DNA of 64,000 bases from assembly GCA_963709405.1 (NCBI GenBank), contig CAVPXM010000025.1, positions 15,735 to 79,734 of the forward strand, in the 5' to 3' direction. Under the pieces are notes generated by a model. The model had not been told where the DNA came from. It worked only from the letters and a program-made list of their open reading frames with translations, and made no database searches. The position numbers and the translations under genes were made by a program. This document shows, piece after piece, positions 1 to 11,461 of this stretch. The DNA comes from an uncultured Nitrososphaerales archaeon. GTDB taxonomy: Archaea > Thermoproteota > Nitrososphaeria > Nitrososphaerales > Nitrososphaeraceae. Position 1 is the first letter of the stretch, and the number at the start of each line of letters is the position of its first letter.

Positions 1-128
1 GTTGAGGCTATCGAAAACATGAAATGATTTCCATACGTAATTTAGGAATATTCTGTTACGGTAATAGACGGTAGTATCTCGCATCCCACTAAAATTTATT
101 GAATAGACTCTGTAATACACTATAAGTC

Positions 129-188
129 TTACTCCCCTTAAGGAAGTTAGTTTAATACTATATTAAGTAACTCTCTTTAGGAGAGTTA
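129..188. promoter_or_regulatory. Tandem 8-5-8 palindromic operator pair upstream of the His-rich peptide gene
   Basis: TTACTCCC-CTTAA-GGAAGTTA (129-149) and perfect TAACTCTC-TTTAG-GAGAGTTA (168-188), 39 bp apart; same arrangement at 813/852. Confidence 0.6.
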
Positions 189-244
189 TATTTTATCAAA
201 ATTTCTGTCACTAGTTCTATATCTCTTTATTTACTAGTAGAAAG

Positions 245-452
245 ATGTTAACAAAAACTACGTTAATTATTGGAATGGGTGTTTTTATTGGCGACCCTTA
301 CGCTAATTGCTACTGCACCTATCGTAAGTATTGATGCGTTTGCGGGAGGGGGTCACTAAAAGGACAACGGCCATAAGGACAATTCCCATAATGACCACAA
401 ACATAAGCACCATCACAAACACCACCACAAGAATCACTATAATCGCCGCTAA
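245..452 (+). pseudogene. Small secreted His/Lys-rich peptide (one frameshift, one internal stop)
   Basis: Removing one T from the T-run near 282-286 gives MLTKTTLIIGMGVLLATLTLIATAPIVSIDAFA-GGGH*KDNGHKDNSHNDHKHKHHHKHHHKNHYNRR: a signal peptide ending in AFA, then a His-rich tail. Confidence 0.6.
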
Positions 453-665
453 GCAGAATAAGATTGTAAGAAGATTCAGTCAAAATCAGTAAAATACTCC
501 AGATTTCATTTTTTATTTTAAGATTAATAGATCATTAATGTATTAGAATCTCGTTTACTGGATGGGAGTATTATCCGATCGACAGCTACCATTGAGGTTG
601 CTAGATCTAGGCAATAATGAAAAAACTTGAGTTGACTATGAAACGTATTATCACTTTAAGACGCA

Positions 666-764
666 CCAGGGGATTGAGAGGCGGCAGTTGATCAGATGCC
701 GCCTATGCAGAAAGTCAGGACCATCACCGCCAGGTAAAAATCCAGACTTCTTACGTACCCCTGG
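666..764. other. GC-rich structured non-coding segment (three-way junction)
   Basis: CCAGGGG(666-672)/CCCCTGG(758-764) closing stem; AGGCGGCA/TGCCGCCT hairpin (679-704); AGAAAGTCAGGA..TCCAGACTTCT stem (709-751). Confidence 0.45.
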
Positions 765-812
765 CTCATATAGATGAATTAAGAATATTCTTCATAGATT
801 CGCTTTTATCTA

Positions 813-872
813 TTGCTCACCTTTTGGATGTAACTTAATTACCGCATTAAGAAGCTCTCTTTAGGAGAGTAA
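813..872. promoter_or_regulatory. Second tandem 8-5-8 operator pair upstream of the membrane-protein/wHTH operon
   Basis: TTGCTCAC-CTTTT-GGATGTAA (813-833) and AAGCTCTC-TTTAG-GAGAGTAA (852-872), 39 bp apart, about 55 bp before GTG 927. Confidence 0.55.
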
Positions 873-1704
873 CATTTTACTACATTTTCTTAAACAATAT
901 ATACTATATTTTTCATATTCAACTCTGTGGCTCTGCAGGACCCAAATATGCTAAACCCATATGTATTATTGGACCCACATTTTTCTGCAACAGCATGTCT
1001 CATCATTTCTCTTATTTCAGCATTTCTTGCGTTTGTAATATCCTGGTCTTTCTATAGATCTTATAGATTTTTTGGCTTCGGACATCTTTTAGGCCTGCCA
1101 ACGGGATTCACACTTTTGGGTATATCTTTTCTATTTCATTATTTAAGCCTAAATTTTAGATTCAATGATTTGTTGTACCCAGAATTATTTTGGATTCAGT
1201 TGACACTTCAATCTAATGGATTAGCATTAATTGCTATTTCCTATAGATTCAAAGTTCGTAATTATAATATTCCCTCCTTGTTTGGATCACATTTACAGGT
1301 TAGTAATAGTACATATGACTTACGTCAATATCTTCCTAGTTTCAGTATTAGAGCAAGAAATGCATTGACAGACGGGCTTTTTCTGTTATTAATTTTGATA
1401 CCTTTCATGGTTCCAGCCTTTGATCTGATGCTTAAACCTTATTTTGATTATGCAGGACTTGCTGATTTCGCATTTATTATGACTATCTTTAATATGATAT
1501 TTCTCGCGTACATACTAAAAAATGTCGTTGTCTCATTGAGCGGCAAGTTTAATGCTAAATTCATCTACGCTCTAGGTGCATTTGCACTGCTTGGGCTTTA
1601 ACAGTATTCCTTATTGTTAGCATATTGGGATAATGGTTCATTTTCCTTTATTGTCTCAATACTAGCTCGCTTGGGAGGACTGTCCTTATTTATGTATTTA
1701 GAAC

Positions 1705-2229
1705 CTATCCCAAAAATATCTTTCTACAGATGATCATAAAACAGGAGAACTGTACCAGTCCAAGGTAGTTCTCTGCCTTCTTTTCATACCGTGTGAACAG
1801 TTTTCTGAACCTGTTGTGCCATGAGTTTGTCCTTTCCACAACCCATCTTTTTGCAGAATGTTTTTTCCGGTTTAAGGAAGGTTGCGTTTCCGTCTTGACC
1901 TCCTCCTCTTTTTCACCCCTCTTTCTTTTGGGACTAATGTGCAGTACATATCCCCGCCTGATTAGTTCCTGTTCTTCTTGTGTGGAATTATATGCTTTGT
2001 CAAGACATAGATGTTGTAACCTTCTCCTTCTTCCCTTTCTTCTTGATTTCGGTTTGGATGATGATGACGGCTTTTTAATAACTGAATTATCAACCATATC
2101 TATTACCAGTTTAATGTCATGGGTACTAGCAGATGAAATGACCGCCGAAAGCGGTATACCTTCTTTGTCTGTTAAAATGTGTCTTTTTGTGCCCAGTTTG
2201 CTCCTGTCCGTGGGATTATTTCCGGTCAT
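1705..2229 (-). CDS. IS5 transposase OrfB (DDE part)
   Basis: GTKRHILTD..G.PL, LDKAY, RWVVERTNSWHNRFRKLFTRYEK motifs. Confidence 0.9.
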   Translation of the reverse strand: MTGNNPTDRSKLGTKRHILTDKEGIPLSAVISSASTHDIKLVIDMVDNSVIKKPSSSSKPKSRRKGRRRRLQHLCLDKAYNSTQEEQELIRRGYVLHISPKRKRGEKEEEVKTETQPSLNRKKHSAKRWVVERTNSWHNRFRKLFTRYEKKAENYLGLVQFSCFMIICRKIFLG

Positions 2230-2618
2230 CGCCCCCCTAAAGGCGATTTTATGGATATACTATCGATTGATTGCCATGTCCAGTTGATACCAATGATTCG
2301 ATCATATATTTTCAGTAATCGAACCCATGTCTTTTTGAAAACATCCAGTTTATTCCATTCCTGAAACCTTCTATGGCATGTGGAACCCGATCCATACTCT
2401 TTGGGTAGCATCTTCCATTGGCACCCAGTTCTAAGGATGTATAAAACTCCATCAATTACCTTTCTGTATGGTACAATTGGCCGACCCACTGTTTTGAGTG
2501 GTTTCTCTCTGGGTAAAATTACTTTAATCTCATCCCACAATTCATCTGGAATGGTTATGATGGTGCGATTATCCTTTTTATCATCCTCTTTCTCATTCTT
2601 CTTCTGGATACAGGCCAT
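2226..2618 (-). CDS. IS5 transposase OrfA (DUF4096-like N-terminal part)
   Basis: IPDELW..GRP..YILRTGCQWKMLPKEYGSGSTCHRRFQEW; ends at the G6 run overlapping OrfB. Confidence 0.9.
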   Translation of the reverse strand: MACIQKKNEKEDDKKDNRTIITIPDELWDEIKVILPREKPLKTVGRPIVPYRKVIDGVLYILRTGCQWKMLPKEYGSGSTCHRRFQEWNKLDVFKKTWVRLLKIYDRIIGINWTWQSIDSISIKSPLGGR

Positions 2619-2721
2619 ACTTTAGCAAAAGCAACATCGAGCTATAATCGTATCGAATTTTGGGATAGGCTCTTAATATATTATGCTAGATCTTCTGCAT
2701 CAAAAAGGATAACTGCCAAAA

Positions 2722-2994
2722 TTGACACAAGATAAAAGACATAAGCTTCAACTATTTTTTGAAATACTTTGTGCTATCGAAGACGATAGGATTAGTAACG
2801 GAACAGCAAAACCTACTCGTATACAGCATTTCTCCAGACTATCATATGACAAAATGATGAACCATTTGGCCGAATTAGAAAGAAAAGGAATGATTCATCG
2901 TGATAACGGCCTCATTTTAATAACCAATAAGGGTCATAAATACATTAAACATTATGCCGAATTGATAACTCTTATTGAAAGTGTATACCTGTAG
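2722..2994 (+). CDS. Winged HTH transcriptional regulator (ArnR1-like/HTH_45 type)
   Basis: R.KLQLFFEIL..KPTRIQHFSRLSYDKMMNHLAELERKGMI..ITNKGHKYI; translationally coupled to the 7-TM gene. Confidence 0.8.
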   Translation: MTQDKRHKLQLFFEILCAIEDDRISNGTAKPTRIQHFSRLSYDKMMNHLAELERKGMIHRDNGLILITNKGHKYIKHYAELITLIESVYL

Positions 2995-3302
2995 GGATAC
3001 TTGAGTTTAAATGAAACATCTTCTGGATGTAAGAAAAGTAAAAATTTCAAAAAATTTAGATTGAAGTACCAAGAGTTCAGTTTTCTAATTATATGTATAC
3101 ATTCTCCCACACAAATTTCCCGAGCTTGTCAAGAGCTTGTTTTAATGCCTGATTTGTACTATAGATTATGAGTGTATGATCTCCTGTTTTCTGGTCAGGC
3201 CAAAACCCTCCAGGACAGTATTTACATGTAGCATAATGAAAATTAAAGGTGAAGGAATGGGAAAACTGTTATTATCTACAGTATTTTGAGTAGTATTTAT
3301 CT

Positions 3303-4473
3303 GAGGCTTGGGCATATTCCAGATCCATATTTTATGTCTATAATGAATTAGGATAAAGCTATCCTTTGAGTGTCTGAATTTGTGATGAAACATAATCAAA
3401 CATTCCCAAAGGATAGCATATGATGGTAGTAAATGTGAATCTATTCTTTTTAGTATTCTGTACTTGATAGGTTCGATACCGTGGTCAGAATCGCAAAAGG
3501 GAAGAAGGGGCAGACCATATGTTTATTCTCCTACTGTAATTCTGAGATGTTTCATAGTTAGGCTATGGTTTAGACTGGATTCTAACAATGCATTACATGA
3601 ATTCCTAGAATTGGATTATCCTTACAATAAGAAGATAATGAAAAGATGTGGTCTTACCCAAATACCAGACAGGCGAACATTTGACAGACGACTTAAGACC
3701 ATATCCATAGACATCAAAAAAAGGATTACTATCATGACTTGCATGTTTGTATGCGAAAAGATGATAAATCCATACATTGTTGCAATAGATAGTACTTTAC
3801 TGAAAGCCAAAGGACATGTTTGGCACAAATCATCTATGAACAAAGGTATAGTACCACGTTCTGGCATAGATACTGACGCAAGATGGGGATTCAGCCATAC
3901 TAAAGGATGGATATTTGGTTACAAACTACATATGATATCAAGTACTGGTTCAGTCATAGTCCCATTAGCAGCAGATTTTACAACTGCTAATGTACAAGAT
4001 AATCAAATGTACAATCCGATGATATCATCATCATCTCTGTCTCCAGAAACATGTTTCATGATAGGCGATTCTGGGTATGACGACCATAAACTATATGACT
4101 TGAGTACTAAAAGAGGATTTGAACTGGTATGTCCAGTACAAAGATATGAACATACCCCTACTGACAGACTTGAGCTGATACAATTCTATGAATCTGAGTT
4201 AGGACAGGCTATTTACTCTTGGAGAAGTAAATCGATAGAACCACTAATAGAACATATTAAATCTGTTTTTAGAATAGACCCATTACCAGTAAGAGGCTAC
4301 CAGAAGGCTGCTGGAATAGCACTTCTGTCAGTCCTACTATATCAGATCCTTGTCTACTACAATTATAAAACCAGACGTAGTCAACGACCAAAATCAATCA
4401 AACACATGTTATGTAGTTAATATGTTACCAAATAATATATGAAAAATATAGAATTCAATTATGTCCAAGCCTC
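3303..4473 (+). mobile_element. IS4-superfamily (DDE_Tnp_1; IS982/ISH-like) insertion sequence
   Basis: TIRs GAGGCTTGGGCATA / TATGTCCAAGCCTC; 8-bp TSD ATTTATCT at 3295-3302 and 4474-4481. Confidence 0.9.
3464..4420 (+). CDS. DDE transposase
   Basis: AIDST, GWIFGYKLH, GDSGYD, Y..R...IE motifs; true start may lie near 3385 with a frameshift. Confidence 0.9.
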   Translation: MIGSIPWSESQKGRRGRPYVYSPTVILRCFIVRLWFRLDSNNALHEFLELDYPYNKKIMKRCGLTQIPDRRTFDRRLKTISIDIKKRITIMTCMFVCEKMINPYIVAIDSTLLKAKGHVWHKSSMNKGIVPRSGIDTDARWGFSHTKGWIFGYKLHMISSTGSVIVPLAADFTTANVQDNQMYNPMISSSSLSPETCFMIGDSGYDDHKLYDLSTKRGFELVCPVQRYEHTPTDRLELIQFYESELGQAIYSWRSKSIEPLIEHIKSVFRIDPLPVRGYQKAAGIALLSVLLYQILVYYNYKTRRSQRPKSIKHMLCS

Positions 4474-4848
4474 ATTTATCTTGTTTATTGTCGCATAACG
4501 TTGTTGTGCAATTGCTATCATATTTGAAGGTGATGAGTTCGTTATCATAAAGGATATTGATGAGACAGTCAACAATAATACAATAAACAAAGTTGATATT
4601 TTGAACCAGTCCTTTCTCATTTAGATCATATTATTTTTTAGATGTTAAAGTGTTTTGTGGTACAAACCTCAAGATATAATGCTAAAATATTGTGAATATC
4701 TAACTGATATCTTTCTTTTCTTTGTATAGCTAATCTCATAAACGAATCTAGCTAATAAATATTCATACAATTAATCAATTAATTAATTAAACATTGAGCA
4801 GTAGAAGTAAGTTAATATACATACATACTTTTATTAACATGCTCAGGC

Positions 4849-5135
4849 TTGGAATCAGTGTATAGAGAAATAACTAAAGGCAGAATTATTGCCATTGTTA
4901 TTGTGGCGACAGTATCCACCAATTTCGCAAGTTACATTAGTCATAACTACATCAAGCCTGATAACCTTGCATACGCTCATTTCTTTGGTTCAAATAAAAC
5001 CATTGACAACTATAAAGTAGTTTTTCAACTAATTCCCTCCCATCCTTCTGTTGGTGAAAATTCAACTCTCAATTTTAGTGTTCTTGATAAAAATAATGCG
5101 AATGTCAATAATGTATTCGCTGCATTGATTATAAC
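4849..5135 (+). pseudogene. N-terminal fragment of a secreted Ig-like hypothetical protein
   Basis: Signal peptide ..AYA-HFFG then VVFQLIPSHPSVGENSTLNFSVLD; abruptly joined to a GSDH fragment. Confidence 0.5.
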
Positions 5136-5182
5136 TATCGTTACCTTAGGAAGGAATAGCGACAAAGGACTCAACTGTTTAT

Positions 5183-6035
5183 ATGCATTTTACTCAGAGA
5201 GATCTACAAAACAAAGTTTCTAATTTGTTCTATAAATACACATGGGATGGTAACAGGCTTATCAATCCAATACTAGTCAAGGAAATACATGGAGGCAGTG
5301 GACTACACAATGGTGGGGTAATGGTAACCGACGCAAAAGGAACAGTAGTTTACGCAGTTATTGGCGATCTAAATAATCGGAAAGGTGTCTTACAAAATCA
5401 TCCAGACGGTGCGCCTGATGATACCAGCGTTATTTTTCCATTAGAGTCAAAAAATCCTCATCCTCCTCATGATTACTATGCTATTGGAGTTAGAACAAGT
5501 TTCGGACTTGCAATAGATCCAGTTACAGGTTATCTATGGGATACAGAGAACTGGCGGCCAAATTGGCTATGATGAAATTAACCTAGTGACACCAAAGTTT
5601 AACAGTGGCTGGGATGTACTTATGGGACCTGCAAATTCCTCGAAGCTATCTAGCATACCACATTATGATGGATATACATATCATGATCCGAAGTTTACCT
5701 GGGAAGAACCAATTGGGCTAACTGCTGTATCATTTATTCAATCACCTCTTTTTAAAGAATACCAAAACTCAGTATTAGTTGGCGGTTTCCACAATGGAAT
5801 ACTTTACGAATTAAAATTAAACAAAGATCGAACAGGATTCGCATTTGGAGAACCATTTCTTGCTGACTTGGTTTTAAATAAAAATGATAAATCTACGATA
5901 ATTTTTGGAACTGGATTTGGTAGCATTACTGACATCAAGGAAGGTCCAGACGGTTTGATCTATGTTATATCTTTCAGTGATGGAACAATTTATAGAATAG
6001 TTCCCAAAAATATATCTTCTGGTATAGAGACTTGA
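5183..6035 (+). pseudogene. PQQ-dependent glucose/sorbosone (aldose sugar) dehydrogenase, 5'-truncated and frameshifted
   Basis: HNGG, YAIGVRTSFGLAIDPVTGYLWDTEN, NSGW, ITDIKEGPDGLIYVIS..GTIYRI beta-propeller motifs across two frames. Confidence 0.85.
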
Positions 6036-7009
6036 GAAGCAGGTTTACTTACTAGCTCATTGCACTATCTAGCATTAGCATAATTGATTGCCATAATGCT
6101 AATCTGCAACTGACAAATATATCACATCATGCTATAAAGTTGCATTCTTCTCAAATGTTACTGCATATCAAGTGCAGTTCTTGATGTAAATCTGCTATAA
6201 GTTTATCACATCTACGATTGATAGCAACCAGTTCTTTCTCTAGTTCTATTTTATAAAAAGCAAATTAGATCCTTATACCGTATTGAGAAAGAACAGGTTG
6301 ATATCCATAATGCTTCCTGTCTTATTCATTTTTTTGGCTTTGTCGCAATTTGCTTCTTCCTCACTTTAAATATAGAACGGAATGGATAAAGCTAAGTGAC
6401 TTCCATTAACTGAGAAGTTGAAGAAGGGCTTGCATATGTATTAATAGATATTCAAAAAAAGTAATGATGTTGACGCAACAACTAATGCGATCATAAATGA
6501 GGTTATGAGCTGGTAGCGGTGCCAATCTCTTTTATGATAAAGTCTTCTAATCTAGTCATGCCTTATCCTTATCTAGCAAACTATTACGGATTACAATAAC
6601 TCCCTAATATCGGTGTACATAACCATACCCTCACGGTCGGTATAGGTTAAAAAGAATAGCAATGCTTGTCTGATTACTCGCAAGTCCTTAACTGACAGTC
6701 TGCCGCCGATCTAAACACTGAACACATAATCTCCTTATCGTCCAACACTTCCAGCGCTACCCTCTACACCCGGCGATTTTACTACTCCCTCGACCTTTGA
6801 TACAGTCTTTGTTGTTCTTTGTATTATCATTTTTTACTCACATCCTATCGCAATGAGGAATAATAATTAACATTGAAAGAATTAGATTATATCTGGTTGA
6901 TACGACACTCGAATTACGACAATGATAGTAGACCATACATTAGGAAATAATCAGACTTTGATAACAGTAGCACGTGACTATCTAAAAAACAGCGGGATAC
7001 AATAATCAA

Positions 7010-7231
7010 ATGACTAAGAACATAATTATCTTTGTAGTTGCTGCCGTTCTTGGTTTGAGCTTGCTTGTAGTAGTTGCACATGCTCAAGCTAAATCTAAAG
7101 ATCAGCAGAAGAATCAAAATCAGACACTTGCAAAGGAAGAAGTACCAAAGGTAGGCGTGTGTGTTGTAGGCATAAAGTCAGCATGTAACGGGCCAGAATT
7201 TGATCACCCACAACAACAACAACAACAATAA
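7010..7231 (+). CDS. Small secreted protein with a Cys pair and poly-Gln end
   Basis: Signal peptide ..AHA; CVVGIKSACN; (CAA)n tract 7211-7243. Confidence 0.6.
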   Translation: MTKNIIIFVVAAVLGLSLLVVVAHAQAKSKDQQKNQNQTLAKEEVPKVGVCVVGIKSACNGPEFDHPQQQQQQ

Positions 7232-7340
7232 CAATAACAACAGTTTAGTCACTCTGGAAAGCTAACGGGTACGGCCAAAGGTGGGAGGATAGATGTCCAT
7301 TGGAAGATAGGATACAATAGCACAGAACCCGATGGAAATG

Positions 7341-8267
7341 CTATCGATCTGATTTACTATCCCTCAGATGATTATTTCCCTTCAACGTCTTTTCTTTTTC
7401 GTTCAGTACAAGTCTTACGTATTCCTCTAAATCCTTATTTTCTAATGGTACTTGTATGCCACTATTTTCTTCCAATATTCTAGCCGATCTTTTCGTTATT
7501 CCCTTCACTCTGCTTACTATCTCATTCTCGATCTGAGATCTTCCTATCTTAGAGACAAACTTGAATTGCTCCTCCACAGAGCTCTCGATAGTATTCCTCA
7601 ATTCGGCATTTATGGAAATTCAAATTGAAGAATAGTATATCCCAACAAATAACAAATAAGATGAAATGCCTACGAATGTAATCGTGGGGAGGCCGAATGG
7701 AGGATAGGGCAGAAGATAAATACCTGCATCTTGATTTGAGATAGAAAGTAACATTATTCCAATCGCAGAGAGCTTCATATAATCACTGATTTTTTTATCA
7801 CTCAAGCTCCGCCCGACCATCCAAAATGCAATACCAAACAGGATTCCGCCAACAGGTCTAGTCAAGATCGAATTTATAACATTAAATGCGTAGCCCCCAA
7901 CCGAGCTTAATATATGGTGTTGAATTAATATGCTTGACAGCATCAGCTGTACTACTCCTAAGTAATACACTAGAGGAACAAAAATAACAATGTAGAATTT
8001 TATGGCCCCCCATTTCCTCCTTTGACGCCTGATAAGAAAAGTCGAAGCTATCCACAATGAAACAAATGACGCGAAGGATAAATTGGCTTGAAACTGGCGG
8101 ATGTCATAATTACGGACGGAGGTACTGGATATGGCGGCTATTGAAGAATCTATAATGGTAGGCTTGTCCTGCATTTCTAGTGACATGAACAATGCGATAA
8201 ACATGGAGTTTATGGTTATGAGGATAGCAGAAGCGGTATATGCCACTATAATATAATCTCGCCACAA
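7341..8267 (-). pseudogene. Multi-pass membrane protein with soluble C-terminus, 5'-truncated and frameshifted near 7610
   Basis: Several TM helices, GGILFGIAFW and PYPPFGLPTITFVGISSYL motifs; continues in ORF 7341-7601. Confidence 0.75.
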
Positions 8268-8299
8268 TATAATCTCCAGCCCTGTGATTTTCCTCCCAT

Positions 8300-8791
8300 A
8301 TGTCGGTGCAGAAAGAGGTTAATCTACAACCGCGAGCTCCAACATTCCTCAGAGTAAGGCTGCCCCTCATATTGGTGGATGGCGGGGAAAGTGACTATAG
8401 TGATCCTACGGTACAACCAAAATCTCCAGACACGCTTGTCAAACAAGTAACGAAATCTAACGTTTTTTCAAATTCTTTTGACATTACCTTGGACGGCCAC
8501 CCACTCGCCCTAACTAATGATGAAGTATTCAAAGTTCAATCAAACCTCTTTAATTTTACATTACCAGCGAAGAATATCTGGGGCGAACCACCTGGGCCTG
8601 ATAAGGGAATAGGGCAAGGTTGGTATGTATTCCTTAAACCACTCCCTGCGGGAGTACACATTCTACACTACACTACTGGCTATAGAGATTCAAGGAGTGA
8701 CCCAACGATTCCCCCCGGACAAGGCAACCTCAGCTCCATATATCCAAGACGCGACATATCATCTTATAGTGAAGTAAACCCATCAACATAG
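8300..8791 (+). pseudogene. C-terminal fragment of a secreted protein family (paralogue of 54376-55152)
   Basis: GIGQGWYVFLKPLPAGVHIL versus GIADGYVLFLPPLPVGKHTI. Confidence 0.7.
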
Positions 8792-10519
8792 CAACGATAG
8801 TTCATCTTCACAAAATATCTCTGAATCAATTATCTACGTGAAAAGACAAATGCTACGACTTAGCATTCGCAGGACTAGGTGAGGGCGGCGGAGCATCAGG
8901 CGGTCGCGGTAACCGCGGTGACACTAACACCGGTTTCGACCCATAGTGATCTCTATAGTTACGCTATATGACGATAACAAACCCCCATAAACTATGTCCA
9001 TAGTAAAAGCGAGATTGTTCAGTAATTTTGTCCTAGATATAAGGTGAGTCTTTGGCTCTAGACTCATGCAAGTCTATCAGCTTTTCAACCATCTCAAATA
9101 ATAAAGAAATATCTGATCTGGTAAAGAAATACTAAAACAAACGATGCGATTATTTAAAACTAGAATACTGTGTCACTTTATTCATAACCTATTTGCAGAT
9201 AAGGATTGAAGATAAGGTTTATAAACTCAAATGAATTAATAATTTTTGTGCAATAGGAAGAAAAATTGGATACTTGTTAATTTCCGTTTCATGAGATCAT
9301 GAAAAAAATGTAGCTATTAGCTTGATATGAAAGTTTATTTGGATTTCTTAATACTATCGTATGATATCCTTTCTAACAATTCAACTGTTTCCAGATGTTA
9401 CACGAATTGGTTTGTAGGAATATCTGTGAGAGAATATATATCAAAAAATACAGGCAGGAAGGTGTTGTTGGGTTTACCATGATCAACCTCTAGATTTTGT
9501 TGTTGTGGAAAGAAATGTATTTAATATCTTACCGATCTCAGCCGGATATTGATCCACTACCGCATGCCCAGCATTTTTGATCTGTACAAGCCATGCTCCT
9601 GGAATCTTTTCTGCAATCTTTAAAGAATTAACATGATTCACGTAGAGATTATCATCTGTTCCAGCTATGACCAACGTGGGTTTAGCCAATTTGGCAAGCT
9701 CATCACAAGCACCATTCCAGTTGGCTGCGTCCCAACGCTTTCCTACGTTATTCTGATTATTCATTATTTCAGGGGGAAGACCAGGCTTCATTTGTTGGAA
9801 TGTAAGGTTTGCTGGAAGGCCAACAGATTCAGGATGTAATCTTATCCATCCCGAGCCTAATGAGGCAGTTTGAAGCGATTTCATTTCCTCCTGAGAAATA
9901 GGAACATTATGTAGAGCTTTGTTTACAATATCGGATTGCAATTTCTTAAATGCAGGTGGTTGAGGTATACCATAATTTCCACCACATGTTGCAGCAACAA
10001 GTGCAAGACTGTTAACTTTATCTGGATACATCATTGTAAACTGTTGGGCTATATGTGATCCAAGTGAATATCCCATAACATCTGCATTTGGTATTTTCAG
10101 AGCATTAAGCAAGCCAGCCGTATCATTGGCAAGTAGCTGTATAGAATATGGTTTGGAACCGGTTGTTGTATTTCCAAGTCCACGACTATCAAACACAATT
10201 ACTGTGTGATTTGGAGAAAGAGTTTTTAGTAAGGATGGGTCCCAAGCATTCATAGTATCAGAAGCGCCATTGAAAAGTATTATAGGTTCACCTTTGCCAA
10301 ACATCTTGTACGCAACATCAATATCTCCTACACGGACTTTTTTTAATGGGATATCTTGCATATTTACCGAATTCGTAGTATTAGAATTCGTTTGGTTTGG
10401 ATCTAACTGACTATACGCAATTTTAGGAGTACCAAAAGAGCCATTAATACTAATTAATGAACTAGCGATAATAAGCATGGATGCGGCAGCAATGAGGATT
10501 AGATGATCTTTCTGAATAA

Positions 10520-11461
10520 GAACCCATCCGAAAAGTAGAGTTTTATTGAGTTATAAGCAAACTGTGTTTGATCGATAAAGCTTAGCTGTACTACACTTTC
10601 ATTTGAGCTGTATTGATATCAGAGGTTAGTGGAGTTGATTCATCGTACTGCATACCTGATGTTGTATGGGATAGAATCATTGGAGTGCTATCTCCATCAA
10701 TACGTAGGAGAAAGAAGAAAAAGGCTGGTCGTCCAAGAATGGATGACAGGAAGGCTATGAGTGCTATTTTCTACGTCCTACGTACAGGCTGTCAGTGGAA
10801 TGCTCTACCAAGAAGTCTTGGTGCTTCAAGTACAGGTACATGACAGATTCCAGGAATGGAGAAAGGCTGGTGTTTTCAAGCGAATGTGGATCGATGGATT
10901 GTCGGTATATGATAAAAAAACTGGGATCGATTGGAAATGGCAGGCTATGGATGGAGTGATTACAAAAGCACCTCTTGGGGGAAAAAAGCACAGGACCAAA
11001 TCCCACGGACAGAGCTAAATCAGGTACAAAACGCAGTATTCTAGTAGATGGTAAAGGAGTACCACTTGGTGTATCTGTAGATGGAGCTAACAGACATGAC
11101 ATGAAGATGACCAAAGCAACACTGCAAAGCATAGTCATCTATAGACCTGAACCAACAATCAGATCAAAGCAGCACATGTGCATGGACAAAGGCTACGCGT
11201 TTCCAGAGGTATACGAATTACTGGAAGAGTATGGCTATACAATTCACATCAGATTAAAAGGAAAGGAAAGAAGCAGCATTAAAGAAGGAATACCAAAATA
11301 CAGAGCTAGACGATGGGTTGTTGAAAGAACCCATTCTTGGATGAACAGGTTTAGACGATTGCTAATAAGATGGGAAAAGAGGATTGAAAACTATATTGGA
11401 ATGTTACATTTTTCATGTGCATGGATCACCTATAGAAGAAGTGGACTTTTCGCATAGGCTC
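10520..11461 (+). mobile_element. IS5-family element type B, 942 bp, with an extra +1 frameshift in OrfA
   Basis: TIRs GAACCCATCCGAAAAGT / ACTTTTCGCATAGGCTC; TAA TSD at 10517-10519 and 11462-11464; GGGGGAAAAAAG slippery site near 10977; ACAGGTACA versus ACAGTACA in the other copy. Confidence 0.95.
10975..11457 (+). CDS. IS5 transposase OrfB
   Basis: GTKRSILVDGKGVPL, MDKGY, RWVVERTHSWMNRFRRLLIRWEK. Confidence 0.9.
   Translation: MGEKSTGPNPTDRAKSGTKRSILVDGKGVPLGVSVDGANRHDMKMTKATLQSIVIYRPEPTIRSKQHMCMDKGYAFPEVYELLEEYGYTIHIRLKGKERSSIKEGIPKYRARRWVVERTHSWMNRFRRLLIRWEKRIENYIGMLHFSCAWITYRRSGLFA

Larger units (their letters stand above)
1701..2672 (-). mobile_element. IS5-family element type A (two-ORF, frameshifted transposase), 972 bp
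   Basis: TIRs GAACCTATCCCAAAA / TTTTGGGATAGGCTC; TTA TSD at 1698-1700 and 2673-2675. Confidence 0.95.
927..2735 (+). pseudogene. 7-TM membrane protein (about 277 codons), with a premature TAA at 1599 and an IS5 insertion at 1701-2672
   Basis: Frame continues past TAA 1599 (QYSLLLAYWDNGSFSFIVSILARLGGLSLFMYL). After removing the IS and one TTA it resumes in frame (IYYARSSASKRITAKIDTR*), overlapping the wHTH start; seven hydrophobic segments. Confidence 0.75.
3166..4620 (-). pseudogene. Secreted hypothetical protein interrupted by an IS
   Basis: ATG 4620 MRKDWFKISTLFIVLLLTVSSISF..AQQRYATINKIN joins in frame to TTQNTVDNNSFPIPSP.. after removing IS 3303-4473 and one TSD. Confidence 0.65.

Noticed and set aside
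1793-2287. 164-aa + strand ORF (also 43193-43687, 10764-11138, 45989-46300)
   Set aside because: Antisense shadows of IS5 transposases
6600-6830. Minus-strand GDYVFSV resembling GEYVFSV near 12110
   Set aside because: No extended similarity; probably chance
8870-8946. GC-rich segment as ncRNA
   Set aside because: Reads as a Gly-rich peptide scrap after an AFA signal end (AFAGLGEGGGASGGRG)
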